Shown here: positions 26,185 to 27,672 of the stretch, piece by piece
Numbering within the stretch: the stretch's first letter is position 1
Layout of the letters: every line of letters starts with the position of its first letter
DNA from: Oculatellaceae cyanobacterium bins.114
Lineage (GTDB): Bacteria > Cyanobacteriota > Cyanobacteriia > Elainellales > Elainellaceae
Reading direction: 5' to 3'
Assembly (NCBI GenBank): GCA_033764315.1
Contig: JANRJA010000085.1
Span: 1 to 27,672 of the forward strand
Length of the DNA: 27,672 bases
The notes under the pieces: model-generated
Told to the model about the DNA's origin: nothing
Seen by the model: only the letters and a program-made list of their open reading frames with translations
The model's database searches: none
Translations under genes and position numbers: made by a program

Positions 26185-26958
26185 GTGATGGATATGAAAC
26201 TTCAGCGATCGCAGTTAAGTCTGTTGGGGCTGATAGTTCTCCTAGCGGGATGTGCAGGTCACAGCGTAAGTTTGTCCTCTGCTCCTCCGACTGTGGCGGT
26301 TACTTCATCTCCATCAGTCGCAGGGTCAGGAGAGTTAGCTTCAAAGCCATTTCAAGAGCTATTAATAGATACGGCAGCTAATCCGCCCCGTTTGATTCCT
26401 GAGTTGTCTCCTGCCCCCACTTCAACAGATCTGGCAACCGATCAACGTAATTTGCCGTCAGTCAGCGTTAATCTTTCTGGGCAGCAATTGCCCCCTGTTC
26501 CAGTTGTGCCGGGGAACGCACCGCTGTTAGTTCCTGTTCCTCCAGCACCTACGGTCATTCGGACGGTGCCCATCCCCAACCCTGCCCCATCGATCTTGCC
26601 TGCTGCGCCAGTTGCGGCTCCGTCTCAAGCAACAGTGTTGCCAGTACGCACTGCGCCATTACCACCCAGATCGCCCTCTGCCCAACCTCAAGCCGTGGCT
26701 GCACGACCTATTCCTCCAAACACTCCCAATCGTTTGGCTGAGTCGATTGTGGTGACTGGAGTGGTGCAAGTTGGAGATGTGGTGAGCGCGATCGTGCAAG
26801 TCCCCAATGAACAGAGTAGTCGGTATGTCCGGGTTGGAGACTCGTTAGCCAATGGCAGAGTTGTGGTAGATCGAATTGAGATGATGGCTGACGGTGAGCC
26901 GAGAGTAATTTTGCTGCAAGATGGCGTTGAAACTATTAGAACAGTGGGGAACTTTTAG
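26185..26958 (+). CDS. Pro-rich lipoprotein with PilP/GspC-HR-like C-terminal beta domain
   Basis: Lipobox LLAGC, long Pro/Ala-rich linker, VTGVVQVG....AIVQVPNE...RYVRVGDSLANGRVVVDRI. Start could be 26185, 26188 or 26194. Confidence 0.72.
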   Translation: MMDMKLQRSQLSLLGLIVLLAGCAGHSVSLSSAPPTVAVTSSPSVAGSGELASKPFQELLIDTAANPPRLIPELSPAPTSTDLATDQRNLPSVSVNLSGQQLPPVPVVPGNAPLLVPVPPAPTVIRTVPIPNPAPSILPAAPVAAPSQATVLPVRTAPLPPRSPSAQPQAVAARPIPPNTPNRLAESIVVTGVVQVGDVVSAIVQVPNEQSSRYVRVGDSLANGRVVVDRIEMMADGEPRVILLQDGVETIRTVGNF

Positions 26959-27129
26959 ACAGGATGGCGTACAGTGACTTTACATTGCCTAAGCCAAATT
27001 AAGAAAATCTCAGGCATTTTATGATTGCCGTTGCAATCTCAATCTGTGACATCTCCAACGATTGGGTCGTAAAAGCTGGATAGGTCGATGCCATAATGAA
27101 CCATAACGCGATGTGCAACTTAGAGGTTT

Positions 27130-27195
27130 AGATCCCCGGTTGCTCGTTCAGCCTCCTCAAAGGAGTCTGATTTGCGTCACAGCAACCGGGGATCT
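27130..27195. repeat. 66-bp palindromic (REP-like) element
   Basis: Perfect 15-bp IR AGATCCCCGGTTGCT / AGCAACCGGGGATCT enclosing inner hairpin TCAG-C-CTCCT-CAA-AGGAG-T-CTGA. Confidence 0.85.
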
Positions 27196-27261
27196 GGGGA
27201 AAGTCTTACTGGGGTACCATATCGTCTTTTAATTGAGTGAATTGCATTTGGGGCAACGGGT

Positions 27262-27531
27262 ATGACTGTCACCCTCTACAAATGGACACTGGATCGGTAT
27301 CATGCGGCGATCGATGCAGGCTTGCTGGACGACCAACCTGTGGAATTGTTGCGGGGAGACATTATTGTCATGACGCCGGAACGGGAACCCCATGCCTGTT
27401 ACAGCAGCGACGGAGCAGATTATCTGAGGCAGCTATTGGGCGATCGCGCCTCGGTGCGTGAAACAAAACCGGTGACCCTGCCCGATGACTCGGAACCAGT
27501 GCCAGATATTGCGATCGTTCAACCCCCTTTA
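27262..27531 (+). pseudogene. Uma2 (DUF820) family endonuclease, 5' part, interrupted by IS
   Basis: KWTLDRYH....AGLL....VELLRGDIIVMTPE..PH and DSEPVPDIAIV are Uma2 motifs. The reading frame loses family character after IVQPPL and stops at 27564, lacking the LIEV/ExK half. Confidence 0.85.
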
Positions 27532-27672
27532 ATACCAATCAGATATGAAGATGCGCCAAACTAAAGAGTAGAACCTATCAGAGACAGTGAGATGACAGGA
27601 CGACCTTTTAGGGTAGAGATTACTGAGAGTTTGGAGCAGCTAGAGAAGAGCCTCAAACAAGCTCGTAGCGTG
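27532..27672 (+). mobile_element. Left end of probable IS630-family insertion sequence (runs off window)
   Basis: TA (27530-27531) followed by ATACCAATCAGATATGAAGATGCG, resembling cyanobacterial IS630 termini, at the exact point the Uma2 homology breaks. Confidence 0.75.
27592..27672 (+). CDS. IS630-family transposase N-terminus (partial)
   Basis: Open frame from ATG 27592 to the window end: MTGRPFRVEITESLEQLEKSLKQARSV, resembling the I.ES.E.L N-terminus of cyanobacterial IS630 transposases. Not in the ORF track. Confidence 0.72.
   Translation, partial: MTGRPFRVEITESLEQLEKSLKQARSV

Larger units (their letters stand above)
158..27447. repeat. HIP1 octamer GCGATCGC dispersed throughout
   Basis: About 50 copies counted by eye (for example near 158, 1029, 2122, 5210, 14946, 27440), against fewer than one expected by chance. 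Confidence 0.97.

Overview
Chromosomal window from a cyanobacterium, probably filamentous. The evidence is roughly 50 HIP1 octamers (GCGATCGC, counted by eye), 7-bp STRR-type tandem repeats, chlP, a PedR-like regulator and pentapeptide-repeat proteins. Recognisable genes are hisS, pedR-like, PfkB kinase, CYTH, type IV pilin pilA, leuD, aldo/keto reductase, Hsp20, MarR, chlP, NurA-like nuclease, TpsB/ShlB transporter, site-2 protease and thrC, plus several envelope and hypothetical proteins. At the right edge a Uma2 endonuclease gene is interrupted by a probable IS630-family element. No rRNA, tRNA or CRISPR array was found. The most interesting unexplained signals are non-coding. (1) A dispersed family of about 105-125 bp foldback elements with TATAGC...(G/C)CTATA ends, one with an apparent target-site duplication at the pilA terminator and one followed by four tandem 14-16 bp units upstream of the nurA-like gene. 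(2) An 11-bp motif repeated at exact 43-bp spacing between thrC and a small ORF. On the protein side, an SLH protein carries an apparently intact SxxK/SxN/KxG penicillin-recognising motif set. No complete novel multi-gene system can be asserted from the sequence alone.
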